From contig OZ287752.1 of assembly GCA_965649765.1 (NCBI GenBank), positions 66,836,001 to 66,900,000 on the forward strand: a stretch of 64,000 bases of DNA. The letters are read 5' to 3'. The stretch is from Bispira polyomma (lineage: Eukaryota). The position numbers and the translations under genes were made by a program. Within the stretch, counting starts at the first letter, position 1. The number at the start of each line of letters is the position of its first letter. Positions 25,201 through 38,421 of the stretch are shown here, piece after piece. Below the pieces are notes generated by a model. The model was not told where the DNA came from, did no database searches, and saw nothing but the letters and a program-made list of their open reading frames with translations.

Positions 25201-26531
25201 CTGTAACTTCATTCTACATATTTCAACTTTTGCTTTTGTACCGAAGCCAGTGTTGTGAAGTGCTTATTTCATGTGTATAATACGGTTGCATTTAAAATTG
25301 TATTATGAACATTATTGTAATTATCTTTAAGTATAGATATGAAAATTAAGTGGAGATACTATATTTAATGATAAAGGGAATAACCAAAATTAGTTAAAGT
25401 GAAAATGTTTTTTAATTAAAGTATAGGTAAAGTTTACAACAAAGTTTAGATATAAAGCGAGGACATAGGCTTTTGTAAATGAGATGTTGGCCAGTGAAGG
25501 GAAATATACGTTGGAAGTGTTGGAGGACACTGAAACAATGAAATTGCATGTTAAAGATATATAAAATATTGTTTTGAAATTACATGCAAATTAGGGGGAT
25601 TGTGAAATATGATCTGACGTATCACCCTAGGACCGACCATATCGGCAATAGGATCTGACGGATCTGGACCCTTGTCCCTCAGGATCAAACCTCTCATAAT
25701 CAAGGTCGGGACTGCTATGCCAATGCTATCTGGCCCTATAAATTCCCCTTTTGAGCCCTAAAACTCAATTATTGTTGAGTAGAAAATTGAGTAGAAATGC
25801 CAGCAATCGATAAGAGAGAATATATGAGGCTAGCTGTCTTTTTCTTTTTTTTAATTACAAATATGCTTCTTCATGCTGCTACCGCAACAGGAAAGGCCCA
25901 AGGCTCAGGCTCGTGCAAGATGAGAGAAATTAAACCCACCCGTTGAGGCCCCCAGGAGATGGTCCAGCCTCCAATAATATGCCCTATCCACTTGGTCAAG
26001 CCCTGGATCGGTAGACCCTTCTGATATTACTTAACCTTAATGCCAGAGTTAAGGGAAGGGGATGGACCTGCATACAGGAACTCATTCAGGTTGATTCCAG
26101 ATCTATTTCTGGAAATCTAAGAGAGGATCACACCCCATGTTGAAAGACGAGCCTGAAATGCCACAGTAGCTGTAACTAAAAAAAGGCCCACCCAAATAAT
26201 CTAAAAACTTTTCAAAACTGTTTGTTGTTACCCCTCACCCCAACCCTATCAGATCTCATAAATTGCACTTTATAAGGTTCCATACATCCCCCATCCATAC
26301 ATGTAATATTATGGGGCCAACCATTGATAACATAATAGGTTTGAACCCAAAATAAATAATTTTATACTCGGACACATACACAGAAGGATGAAATCCCTTT
26401 TTGAAATAGATTTTAACCGAAGGCCTTCCACTGACATGAAAACTCCCTACTGTGCCCCTCCCCCCTAATAATATAATCTAAAGATTCCCCAGCAATAGAT
26501 AGGTTAATGTGCCATTAATTGTCAAAGATCA

Positions 26532-26720
26532 TGGGTTCAAACCCTGTTATTGGTGTGACCACTTGTTTGAGAAAGGGACTGGATTTAAACCCTAACAGTG
26601 GTGTGACCACTTGTTTGGGAAAGGGACTGGGCCGAAAACCTGTTAATGGTGTGACCACTTGTTGAGGAAAGGGACTGGGTTCAAACCCTGTCAGTGGAGT
26701 GACTACTTGTTTGGAAAAGG
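26532..26720 (+). repeat. 48-bp minisatellite, 4 copies
   Basis: TGGGTTCAAACCCTGTTATTGGTGTGACCACTTGTTTGAGAAAGGGAC-like units with period 48. Confidence 0.85.
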
Positions 26721-27033
26721 TACATTTTAGGAAATGATTTCTCGTCAATGAGAAACTCTTTGTATTGCACAACTGTCAAAATACAAAGAGTTTCTCCTTC
26801 TTATTCCTAAATATTTCTTTTTCCTTTGTCTTTTTTAAAAGTTACAATTTACGAAGGAAATATGGGCATTTTCTTTCAATTTTGTATTTATTTGGGCTTT
26901 TGGGTTTGAACTCTGGGCCAGTGATTTATAAGATCTGTGTGTGTGTGTGTGTGTGTGTGAATTTTTTTTATGGGGACAGAGTAATCTGCTTGTTTGGGAT
27001 TATTATTTCGGTTTTAAATTCTGGGCCACTAAT

Positions 27034-28061
27034 TTATAAGTTCTCTGTGTGTGTGAATTGTTTTTGAGGGGGCGCTGTAATCTTTTTGGGGGAATTTTCT
27101 GAAAATGATCGCCTGGAGACTGCTGACTGGCTACTGCAGTGACCGCAGAGGCTGCGACAGTGATGCGGGGGTGGTGGTAGTGGAAGAGTTACAAGCTGTG
27201 TTTGCTGATTGCTGGGTGTTGTTGAAAGGAGGACGGGCTGTGGGCACAGGAGTTGTTCATATCCGATATCTGGTGGCATGTCTGTACTAAAACATCTAAA
27301 ACAACTGGAAACAGATGAGGTGCTGTGTACTGCATTGTCATAAGTTGATAAAACTGACGGTGGGTTCAATAACTGTTTCTTTGGTGATGGGATGACTAGT
27401 TTAACCTGCTTGGTTGTGTCTGTAGCATCATCCAGAACAAAATAATTAGTTGTGCCAGTGGGTGTGTGTTGGATCTGCATCTTTAGACATGGCTGTAGGT
27501 CTGTCTGTAAGACCTGCAGCTGGGCTGAATGTGAAGTTTGGAAGGTTGAGAGTGTATCCACATGAACAACTAGGCCTGTGGGCACATAGGATGAAGCTGC
27601 AGTTGGCTTAGACAGTGTTTAACTGGCAGATAAAATGCTTCGGGTAAGGCACTACGTGGCTGATTTCTATCTTGGATCTTGCTCAGTGTGGAAAAAGTCT
27701 CATTTCTGAAAGTTTGAAAATCACCCTCACCTAACCTCTCTGCTTCAACAGACAAATACTGGAAAAACGCTGCTCTATTGGACTGTGGCTTCTCCAGGTT
27801 ATGTGTTTTAACCACGAAACCTGCCATCATACTTCTCATGTGGCCCAGGTGCTCCATCAGTTGGGTGCTGATGTCCGAGCCCTGACGGGGTGGTGATGGT
27901 CTGTGACCACTTCTTAGTCTAGTCTCTGCGGCACTGTCTTCACCAATGCTTGAGCACCTGGACAGATAATGGATCTCGGTCTGTCTCTGTGGTGAGTTCG
28001 AAGCTTCATGGGTTGACGTGACGCTGGGCTTGAAAGACTTAACGTGTCTGACAATGTGCAA
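27034..28061 (-). pseudogene. Possible remnant of a Harbinger-associated Myb/MADF-type protein gene (C-terminal part)
   Basis: RAAFFQYLSVEAERLGEGDFQTFRNETFSTLSKIQ resembles the helical C-terminal motif of such proteins, followed by a P/S/T/Q-rich tail; no DNA-binding domain visible. Confidence 0.3.
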
Positions 28062-28174
28062 CCCCAGAAAATAAAAATGAAAAGACTCAGCAACCAGTTC
28101 TGTCTGCCTGTGAATTTGGAGGTGCTAGGCCTGACTTCTTGATGACCAGCTTGCCAAAAAGGGTGAGCTGAGAC

Positions 28175-31100
28175 TAGGGGAATAAATATGAAACAAGGGA
28201 AAGCCTTGGCACACAAGTATGTCTTAAGTTTGATTCTGAAGGATGACAAGGTAGGGGGACCGCAAATTTCAGCAGACTGTTCTGTAGTTTTATTGCACTG
28301 TAAAAAAAAAAATTTTTGGATTGATAAATTGAAGGTGAGTAGACTGGAATCTGAAGAAAAACCTTATCAGGATTATTGTGCCTTGACCGGGCTTGACACG
28401 TATATCGAGACAAATATTGGCTGAAATAACATGGGAGTCATGTGTGTACAAATGGTTGTAAAATATGATAATTTAAATGTTTTGTAACTATTGTGGCTAC
28501 TGTATTTTGTATATACCAAAAAGGAAGTTTCAGTAGTCCAGCCTACTGCTGACAAGAGCATTACCGATCGTGGTAGCAATACTCTTGAATGCTGGGTAGC
28601 CAACCCGGGGGCTAGTAAGGTCAGTACTACACCTTAAACACACCAAACTTGTATCTTGTTAGTTACAGATGACCCCTCTCCTGATTGGCTAGCAGTTGGC
28701 CCACATATTATTTCCTGCTTAAACCACATAATCAGCATTATAAAATATGAAAATGAAGGGGCAATATGCCATTTTACTTCATAAGAATTTCAATTTGTTA
28801 CTGATTGATTAATAATTAACTTTTCATTTACATGTTTTCATCTTATATGGTTATGTTTATGTGCTACAGAAAAGACAGTTCTACCCTACTGTGAGGAAAG
28901 AAAACAGGATTCACGATTCTTACTTTGTCAAACAGAAGGCTTTGACATATGCGAATGCTGCTTTACATGTTTGGCTAAGGGCTGTTCTCACTTTAATTCT
29001 GGTGGTTTATCAATTCACAAATCAAAATTACAAGTTAGGTCATACACTGTGTGCTTCTCTTATAATTTCAGATGGCTCCTAGAAAATACTTTTTATGCAA
29101 ATCGTGTAACACAAACCATACAAAACCCATAGACGATGGGTGTCCTTATCTTTTAGACGAGGATAATAGTGACAATGGTGAAACTAGTGACATTTCTGCG
29201 CAAGAAGAAAATCTTAAAATCTTGCAAGAACTCAGACAATTGAACTGTCACATGTCAGCTGTGGAAGAGAAAGTGAACATGGCTCAGTTAGCCATATCCA
29301 GTGCAAATGCTAGCCCCTTTGGAGCAGAAGGATTATCCACGAATGCAACCGTGGCCTGTGCAGCAGCCATCATCCCGGTGCTATGTCAACAACAACTCCC
29401 TAGTCCAGGGTCAAGTCAACTGACTGGCCGAATTGAAGATCTTCTGGTTCCTTCCCTGATGACGTTAAAGACCTCTGAGCACCTACAGCGTGCAGCGGAC
29501 TGCAGATTACAAGAGCTGGCAAATTTGAATGAACAAGGTAATCAAAAATCTTAAAGTGGTTGCTTTGAAACTGTCTGGGTAAAGAAAAAGGTTCCATGGC
29601 CACAAAATCATGTTCTTGGTGGTCAAAACAAAAGTTGTTCCTCGTATGATAGCTTAACTCAGTGGGTCTTAAGTTTCTGTGCCATTGTAAGAGAAGAAAA
29701 AAAAATAGTAATAACAGGGATGCAATGCTTTAATATATGCAAGACCTCATGGAGGACCCACATAATTTCTCCTGGAGTGCTGCCAAAGGCCAAAGGCACG
29801 CGGTTCTGCTGTGCAGAATGGAGGAGGGGAAAGTCACCTGGCAGGATACTGCCAAAATTGACCGCTTAAGAAGGGCTCATGCTCAAAAAGTAATTAGCAA
29901 TAATTATTCAGGTTCTTTCTCTACCACGCTGTGCTCAGCTAAAAACATAGCATCCATAAAATTATAGACAGAGTTTTTCCAAAACCTAAATTTGGTTCCA
30001 AAAATTCTTGCCCACCTTTAATGGTGTAGCATTTTTCAATTATGCCCCTGTTACATACCAGGTGGAACTGAATGCATGTTTGCAGGGTCTAGGAGCTAGA
30101 TATGGCAACCACGTTTTCACTAAAATATCCAATTAAGCTTTCAAAACTACACAATTGTTCATTCAGAGATGATAAACATCCTAGTGGCAGTAAGAGTCTG
30201 GAAACAGCTTTTAGATTTTGGTACACTGTGACAATCAGGCAGTAGTTCATATCCTAAATTCTGGAAAAATTTATGACCTCACCCTTGCTGCGATGGCTAG
30301 AAATATATTCATGGAGACTGCACAGGCAGATATTGAACTAAAGACGGTACTTATTTTAGGCAAAAATAACTGTACAGCTGACTTGCTATCTAGGTGGCAA
30401 ATAACTATAAATAATCCTGACAAATTAAAGTAATTAATAGCCAACCCAGAATGGTTATCAGTGAGTGATGACATATTGGACATAAATTGGTCCATCTAAA
30501 ATATACTTTCAGGTCTCAACGGGTGGGTTGCAAAATTAGCATCTCAAGCAGCCATTAGAGCACAGCAAGCTTTTCGCCCTTCAACGAAAAAGTTATATGC
30601 ATCAATGTTTACGGTATTCCTGGCTTTCTGTTGCTTTGCAAACCTAGATATAACAAATACAACCACCCCTATACTTTTGGCTTTTATAGAATGTTTAGTG
30701 GCCAATAAGACCACCCACACATCCATTGCAAACTACTTATCAGCCAGAAAAGCAAATATGTCAATATATAGGCTGGATGTTTCAATTTTTGATGACCAAA
30801 GAATCAGATATTTTCAGAAAGCACTGATATTGCAAAAGCCATTTAGAGTCAAGATAAATGCTATAATTGATATTGAATAACTTACAAAAATTTAGTTAGT
30901 CTGTGATTCCATGTATATGGGTCAAGTATATAAGGCAGCCTATTTATTGGCCTTCTACTTCTTCCTCCATATTTCAAACTTAGTCCCCCACTCAAAAACG
31001 TCATTTTCACTACTTCACCAGTTGGCTAGGGCAGACGAATTATTCACCCCCATGGTGCTCAAATTATAATAAAATGGACGAAGACGCTCTATTCAAGGGA

Positions 31101-32850
31101 TCATGTCAAAGATATCAAAATTCCATCCCTTCCCTGCACACAGATTTGCCCGGTGGCAGCTCTGCAAGTCCTTCTAGCTGTCACACCGGGTTCCAAAAAC
31201 AAACCACTGTTTTAGATAAAGCTAAATGCAAATTGGGTCCCTCTTACAGACTCGGGTATCAAAAGGATCTAAAAATAATTCTGACTAGGCTTGAACTTAA
31301 AGATGCAAACATTACTTTTCACTCCTTTAGAAGGTCGGGGGCCACCCTGGCTTTTAATTCACATGTCCCGATTCAGGCAATCCAGAGCCAGGGGATCTAT
31401 TCCTCTGACTGTGTATGGAGATATATAACCCAAAATCATGAGGCCTCAGACCAGGCAGCCCTTGCCTTCCAAGCTAGATTGTCCCCTCCTACTACTTCCT
31501 AGTTGGGCCTTGGTGCTTTTTCATTCAACTATATATTTTACATCATATTTTTACACTTAGTCAAATCTTAAGGCCACCTTAATTCTAAACAATTTCAATA
31601 CAGTAATCTTAACTATGCTAACCCTAAAGAGACTCAATCTTAAAATCTATGGTTACCTTAATCTTAGTGTATGTAAAAACTTTACTCTTATAAAAGTAAA
31701 ACTTAATGTCAGTATTAGTAAACCTTAACTTAAATGTATGGTAATTCTTAGTATAAGGTGGACTTATCTTTTATTTTACAATCGTTAATGTTTTTACAAT
31801 CTGTACATAGCTTAGAATAGAAATTAAAATATATATCCCAACTGTCTATTACTTGTAAAACAACAATCTAGCAAATCCCAATCCACAATCACTAAGGTAC
31901 GAGGTACTGTAGATGTCTTCTGATCTTCGAAGAACTCTCAGATTTCTAACAACTTTTAATGAAAAGAGCATATTTCCTGATATATGTTGGGTTTTTGAGC
32001 CGAATAGAATAAACTCTGTCATATCGGGATTCAGCTTTAATTTATTGGAAAGCATCCAATCTTGAACATCAATAAGACACTGTTTCAGACTATTAAAGGC
32101 CACAGAGGGATCATCTGAGGATAGATGGACGTATAAGTGTGTATCATCAGCATAAAATTTGTATTTGATGGATTTATATTTATCAATTATATTGCTTATT
32201 GGGGTGGTGTACAGAGAGAACAGAACTAGCTCCAACACAGACCCCTGAGGGACACCGTATTCTAATTTAAATGGATCAGAAATAGATTTTACAATCTTCA
32301 CAGCTCAGTATCTGTTTGTAAGATAGGACAGAAACCAATTAAGGACAACACCCCTAAAATCAAACCACGAGGACAAACAATCCAGAAGAGTACTATGATC
32401 AATGATGTCAAAAGCTGTCGATAGATATTTTTTTAATGATTATAGAGCATTTTCTGTAACCACTATGAAAAAGGCTGACTGGTAGTAATTAACGAGGCCA
32501 TTTGTGTCCAAATGTCACTTAATCTGTGCAGCAATAACTCTATTGACTAATTTAGAAATGAAACTTAGTCCAGAGACAAGTCTGTAGTTTTTGAAATCAT
32601 CTTTCATCAGATTCGGTTTTTTGATCAAAAGAGCAACAAGAGCCTTTTTAAAGCGATCAGGTACAGTACCTTCTGCCATTGTTATGTGGATGAGTTTTTT
32701 AAAGGATGAAAGTAATATCTCAATGCACTCCTTCACCAATGATGTACGCCATAGATCCAGCATACAGGACTTGGTTGGAGATCCCTTGACAAATTTAAAT
32801 CCCTCATCCTGTTTAGCCATTAGTTCCTGTATATGAGACATTACAATTTG
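28175..32850 (-). mobile_element. Degenerate L2-clade LINE split by an Ngaro insertion (parts 28175-28589 and 31910-32850)
   Basis: RT motifs (NYRLVSGLSFISKL, GVPQGSVL, FYADDT) in 31910-32850; NALVSSRLDY and SFRIKLKTYL in 28175-28589. Joining 31910 to 28589 restores in-frame RHL-FKS. Confidence 0.82.
28590..31909 (+). mobile_element. Internally deleted Ngaro-type YR retrotransposon (RT missing, single B repeat)
   Basis: gag from 29072 (CKSCNTNHTKPIDDGC Zn motif), RNase H remnant 29970-30499 (HCDNQAVV, ADLLSRW), YR 30513-31502 (FHSFRRSGAT, CVWRYI). Ends TG...ACTG with no TSD. Confidence 0.85.
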
Positions 32851-34949
32851 TTCATCATAACTCTTGTTCCATATTTATGCCATGTATGATCATAGCCATC
32901 TAGATATCTCAGTCGTTGAAATCATTTGAAATTGTATCCAAACTCTGGCCAATTTAGGTCGAAACATCAAAAATGATGTCATAGTCTCACAGAGCAAGAT
33001 AGAGAAATGCCATGTTCATGGAACAAATGAAACTGTGGTGGGCTGACGCCTCGGCGACAGCCCCTTCAGTTCTGGTACCAGGCCATTGGGGCCAACTAGG
33101 CCACCTGAGGTCATCTGGACAACTAAAGGGTTTGGCGCCCAGCAAGCGCCATCATTAAAATTTTAACATTTGAGAAAGCAAGAGTGTTAAACAACTTGGA
33201 GCTTTTACTCCCCTGCTGCTTCTAATAAGGTTCTGGTTTTAATAAGAAAATGGAGAGCATGGACCAATATGTGCAGGATACAGAGGCGGCGCTTTTCTAA
33301 CCCAGCGCCAGTAAGGCATGTATAACACCACCTACTCTGTTAAATATCAATGTTGCTAATACAGTATAACTAAACCAGTGGTTGAGGCTGTTGTGTTTTC
33401 GTTAGAATTTCTACGTACAAACGACAGTGTACAATCTCAGGTTGACTAATGTTTAGTACAACTACAACAACTCACTAAATTGACCAGAGGTAAACTAAAG
33501 TCCCAGTGTGGTGGTACTGAGGCCCATAATAAAAGAAGTGTGCACTGGCTGCAAAATTTCGTGTTATCAGGGGTTAAAAAGACTAGGCCCATGTACAATG
33601 ATCTTTCACTTGTCCAATTTACCTCTGAAGTACGGGAGGTAATGCTTGAATATTTAGCAAATTTGATGGACGACGCCCATGATTTCTCCCAGGAGGCCGC
33701 TAAAGCTTCGAATGCTATTTTGCTTACAAATATGGAACTTGACTGCCTTAAATGGACGGACGTGGAAAAGGTAGACAGTGTACGTCAGGCTCATGCCCAG
33801 TGACATATTCCCCCCAGTGCCAATGGAAAACTGTGATGGATTGCACCACATAAATTGTGTCCAAAGAAAGGGGCTACAAAAAACTAAGTGGCCACTGCAG
33901 AAATGCAGTGGCTGTAAATAGGCAGATTAATAAAGTTTATTCTAGGACAGTGGAACATGGTTGTAAACGGGGAAAATTGTACTTCCCGTGTTTACACAAT
34001 GGAATCTGTTGAACATTGATAAAAATAAACAAAAAACATTCACCAAGGTGAAGGGATTTAACACAAGGGAAGGGGTCACCAGTAAATGTGTTGAAAACAC
34101 TGTGCTTCCTCTCAATCAGCCTGACAAAGCAGGGTTTTCCAACCAGAACAGAAGAGGTAATACTTGGCGTGCCAGAAACAATTCAGTTGACTCAAGGGTT
34201 TTCCCTCCTGCCTCTGTAACAAAAAGTGTAAACTCGGGTCGGGGTAACAATAGAAGTAAGGGCAGTGCCTTGTAAGTACCTCTCCACAACAAGTTTGCTT
34301 CTTTAACTTTTTGTGTGGAGGATGGGGATGTTAATGACTGTGTGAAAGGGGAGAGGGGGTTTTGGAAAAGGCGTTAAAACATAACCAAGGCCCAACCAAC
34401 CGTAGTAATGACACCAATGTTTCTAAAAAGGCTACCAGTCCTCCCGAACAATTAACAAAGACTGATTTGACCCACTGTGATGACAAGTATGCGTTGAATA
34501 TGCCTAAATGTCCCGACAAAAAGCAACATATAAATAATGCTAAAGAATATGATACTTACAAGATGTGGGTTGTGCAAAACTATGGGAAGTTTGAGTTTAT
34601 TCCACTCACCTGTTGAGAGGTACCGTGGTCGACAACTCTGGTGTTAAGTTGCCACTACACACACTAACCCTACACATTTTGGATGGGCACCCTAATTATA
34701 GAGGCCTCCAGTTACCGGTCATTAAGTCGGAACTTATTAACTATTCATCAGCTATTCACTATCCGAAACATGTGTGCCACTATCTGCGAGAAGAATGTCA
34801 ATTGGGGGCCATGTATGGGCCGTTTGCTGCACCCCTACTTGACAAGTTATACACCTCCCCTTTCATGACTAGGGACAAGTCGAGATCCAATAATCATAAT
34901 TGTAATTGTAATTAGACTTTTATTGCGCTTAATCTCCCCTTAACAAAGG

Positions 34950-35102
34950 TGTAAGGCAGGGCCCCAGCTCTGGCGCTCTCAGTTCTGGGGGACCAGTCTT
35001 AGTCTTCACGCTTCATTGCTTGCGGGCTGTATATAAGGCAGCTTCATTCAAACGTCCCGCCATTTATAACAATAGTGTTCACAGAATAACAACTTTGGAA
35101 CG
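34950..35102 (+). repeat. Terminal repeat A1 (153 bp)
   Basis: TGTAAGGCAGGG...CTTTGGAACG; differs from the downstream A copies at 1-2 positions. Confidence 0.95.
35030..35065 (+). promoter_or_regulatory. Putative TATA box and initiator in repeat A (repeated in every A copy)
   Basis: TATATAAG at 35030-35037 with Inr-like CCATTT about 30 nt downstream, upstream of the gag ATG at 35188. Confidence 0.55.
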
Positions 35103-35187
35103 GACATCTTGGAAATTCAAGTTTATGTTTCCGATTTTCTTTCTGTTTTTAGTCTTTTAGTGTATTTTATCAGTTTTAAACTTTACA

Positions 35188-36004
35188 ATGCCTCCTGTGT
35201 ATCATTGTTCGAGGTGTCAAGAAAAGCATGAAAGGCCCGTTGGCAATGCTTGTACTCTGGAAGCCGTGTCTGTGGAAGCCACTGTTAGTGCTGTCTCTGC
35301 TAAGGATTCATCCACTCTCGCTTCAAAGTCAGGTTCAGATATTGTTTCTAGTAAAATTTTACTGCAACTGCAGTCCATGGCGCAGATGATGGAACACATG
35401 GACCAGAGAGTTCAGCAGACAGAGGCAGCACTGGCGGCGGACGTCCACAACAAGAATCAGGCTAGTATTGTTTCAAATTCTGTTGTTAAGAGTAGTTCTG
35501 TGAGCACCGATACCAGTGAAGTTTTATCCACTGAAACCGTAGTTCCGAATATAGACTTTTTACGCAGGAACAGTCAAATTCAAAGCCAAGTTGAATTAAG
35601 GCTGGCGGAGTTAAAACAGCTAAATGAAAACCCACAGCAAGGTAAACTAAAGTCACAAAGGGGAGGGGACGTTGATATTTTGGTCAAATGCGTCGTAGAA
35701 TGGCCCCAAAACCATGTCTTGACGGGCAGTTGTAAATCAAGGCCCACATATGATGACTTATCAGTCAACCAATGGGTATGTGGAAAAAGTCGAATGAGAT
35801 TAGGGAAATTATGCTAGATTATATGGCTAATTTGATGGAAGATGCAGAGGATTTCTCTTGGGAGTCGGCAAAAGCTTGCCATGCGGTTGTGCTCACCCAC
35901 ATGGAAATGGGGAAGGTTAAATGGTCAGAGGTCAGAGGTGTTTGCGAAACCTGTGGGGGTCACACAAATCCAGTGCATGTAACAAGAAGAGTCTAAAAAA
36001 CTAA
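35188..36004 (+). pseudogene. gag-like ORF1 (N-terminal CxxC-H-C Zn motif, coiled coil); C-terminal half disrupted
   Basis: MPPVYHCSRCQEKHERPVGNAC...GKLKSQRGG...WPQNHVL...YDDL; frameshift/deletion near 35780 and deletion near 35930 relative to siblings; ends AAA AAC TAA. Confidence 0.85.
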
Positions 36005-38421
36005 GGGGCCACTGCAATTCTGAAGTGGAAAATAGCAAAGACAAAAAAGAACTTTTTATAACTCAGAATTTAGTAATTTGGAGTTATTTGCTAAAGATGT
36101 AAGGGGTAAAATGCTCACTTACAATAAAGGTAAACGTGCATGCTGTTCATACAGCGACGCATTACAAAATATAAATAGCACAAGAAAACAGGTCGTTGTA
36201 AATAAAAGTAAAAGTGTCAAAGTGTGCAAACCTGTAAATAAGTGTCGTGTTTACTCTGTCCCGGCCACGCAAAACAAACAAAAGACCTGTGAGCGGGGGC
36301 AAAGTAAATACACCAAGTAAACAATGCTTGGACGTACCAAGCCTGTTAGTGAATGTCTCCCATATAAATCACTAGTGAATAATAGTGTCGACCGAGCTGC
36401 CTTGTGGCATAACAGATTCCAACCCCTCTACCAAACCATTGTTGAACTCAACAATGGGGAGGTCGAGGATAGTGTGAACAAAAACGAGAGTGTTAATGAC
36501 AAGCCACAACAAGGTGCGAAAAAAAGGCGATTGATTAAAGACAATGCTGGGAATCAGGGTAATGACAGAAATGTCAACACAAATCCAACATATAATTCAG
36601 TTGCCCCTTCAGACAAGTACGCTTTGGGGCTTAAGCAAAAACGCAATAAACGGGAGTTGCTAACTAAAGCCCGGAACGATGAGACGTACAAGGCGTGGCA
36701 TGAGCAAAATGATGTCGACTATGGATTCATTCCACTTAACACGTTAGGATGCAAAATTTAAGATAGGGGGGCGAAAAATCATGGCCTAGATACCTTCCAA
36801 ATGCATGCTAAATTAAGAGCTGATGGCAGACACAATTATAAGGGTCTCCAACTTGTGGTCGAATCGCAATTAAATGCCGAGAAGTGGCAAGATTACCTCA
36901 CTAAGTATTGGGACTGGCAACTGCCCCTGCTCGTTAAGTACGGTTTCCCGTTAGACGTATGTCGAGGAAAAGTTAGTCAGTCGGGCAATTGTAACCATAG
37001 TTCGGCGGAAACTTTTCCAGAACATGTGGAGATGTATCTGAATGAGGAATGTAACTTTGGGGCTATATTAGGGCCCTTCAAGGAGCCCCCTATTAGGGAC
37101 TTGCATTGTTCGCCGATGATGACACGTGAGAAGTCCAGCTCGGCTAATGGGAGAGTAATAGTCGATTTGAGTTGGCCACATGGTCATTCGGTTAACGCAG
37201 GTGCTTCTGCTAACTCCTACCTTGACACTGGTGTTATTCTATCATATCCTTCCATTGATAACATTACTACTGAAGTAACCAGATTGGGTAGAGGATGTCA
37301 TATCTATAAAATTGATGTAAGTAGGGCCTTTAGGCACGTTCCCATAGATCCGGGTGACATCAATCTACTTGGCCTAAAATGGAAAGACTTCTACGTCGAT
37401 AAATGTCTTCCCTTCAGGTATCAGAATTGGAGTACTATTTTCCAGCGTCTTTCTGATGCTGTAAGATTTATAATGAAGGCGGAGGGATACAAAGTAGACA
37501 ACTATATAGACGATTTTTTGACCGTATCGTTGCCAAGTAAAATAACAGCCAGTTACGAACGTCTTCAGGCCTTGCTCAAGGAGCTCGGCCTCACGGTCAG
37601 CCAGAAAAAGTTGGTTCCCCCCAGCACACGGGTAATATGCCTGGGCATACTAATAGATACTGAAAGTTATACCACCTCTATCCCGGACGAAAAAATGCAG
37701 GAAATTACAGACAAGTGTGACATGTGGCAAGGGAAAGAATTTTGTACTAAAAAAGAATTACAGTCCTTATTGGCCTCCCTCTTATATGTAGCCAAATGCA
37801 TTAAATATGCTAGAGTCTTTTTGAACCGTATGTTGCAATTCCTCAGAGACAATTATAGCAAAAGTCGGTTAATAGTCACTGAAGACTTCAACAGGGATTT
37901 AAATTGGTTTAGAACCTTCATTAGGCATTTCAATGGCGTGTTTTTTTTCACATAAGAGTACCCATACACAGGTAGAATTAGATTCATATCTAACCGGAAT
38001 GGGCAGCATCTGTGGCAATGATGTGTACAAACTTAAAGTACCCTCACACATGACCAGTGACAATATAGCGTCGCTTGAAATGATCAACATACTCGTTGCC
38101 CTCAAGCTATGGTCCAACGTATGGCAAGGCAAAAAAGTTATTTTTAAATGTGACAATCAGGAAGTGATCAGTGTCATGGAAACTGGGCGTACTCAAGATC
38201 CTGTTCCGGCTGCCTACAGCAGAAATATTTACATGTGGGCTAGCAAATTTGATATAGACATAAGAGTTATTCATATTTTGGGTGTGAAGAACAAGGTTGC
38301 AGACCTTCTCTCACGTTGGGATAAAGTGAATAATAATGAATACTTACTTGCTCAATGGGTGGGGTCGGTTAACTGGCTGCACACAGATGCCACCCTCCTA
38401 GACATTGACTACACAATTTAA
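36001..38421 (+). pseudogene. pol-like ORF2: N-terminal linker, reverse transcriptase, RNase H
   Basis: RVIVDLSWP, KIDVSRAF, YIDD, CLGILID; RNase H LEMINI, CDN, ADLLSRW. Stops at 36318 and 36759, frameshifts near 36050 and in the T-run at ~37945. Confidence 0.9.

Noticed and set aside
26515-26772. 85-aa ORF with repeated QVVTPLTGF peptide
   Set aside because: Arises from the 48-bp minisatellite (period divisible by 3); no evidence of coding function.
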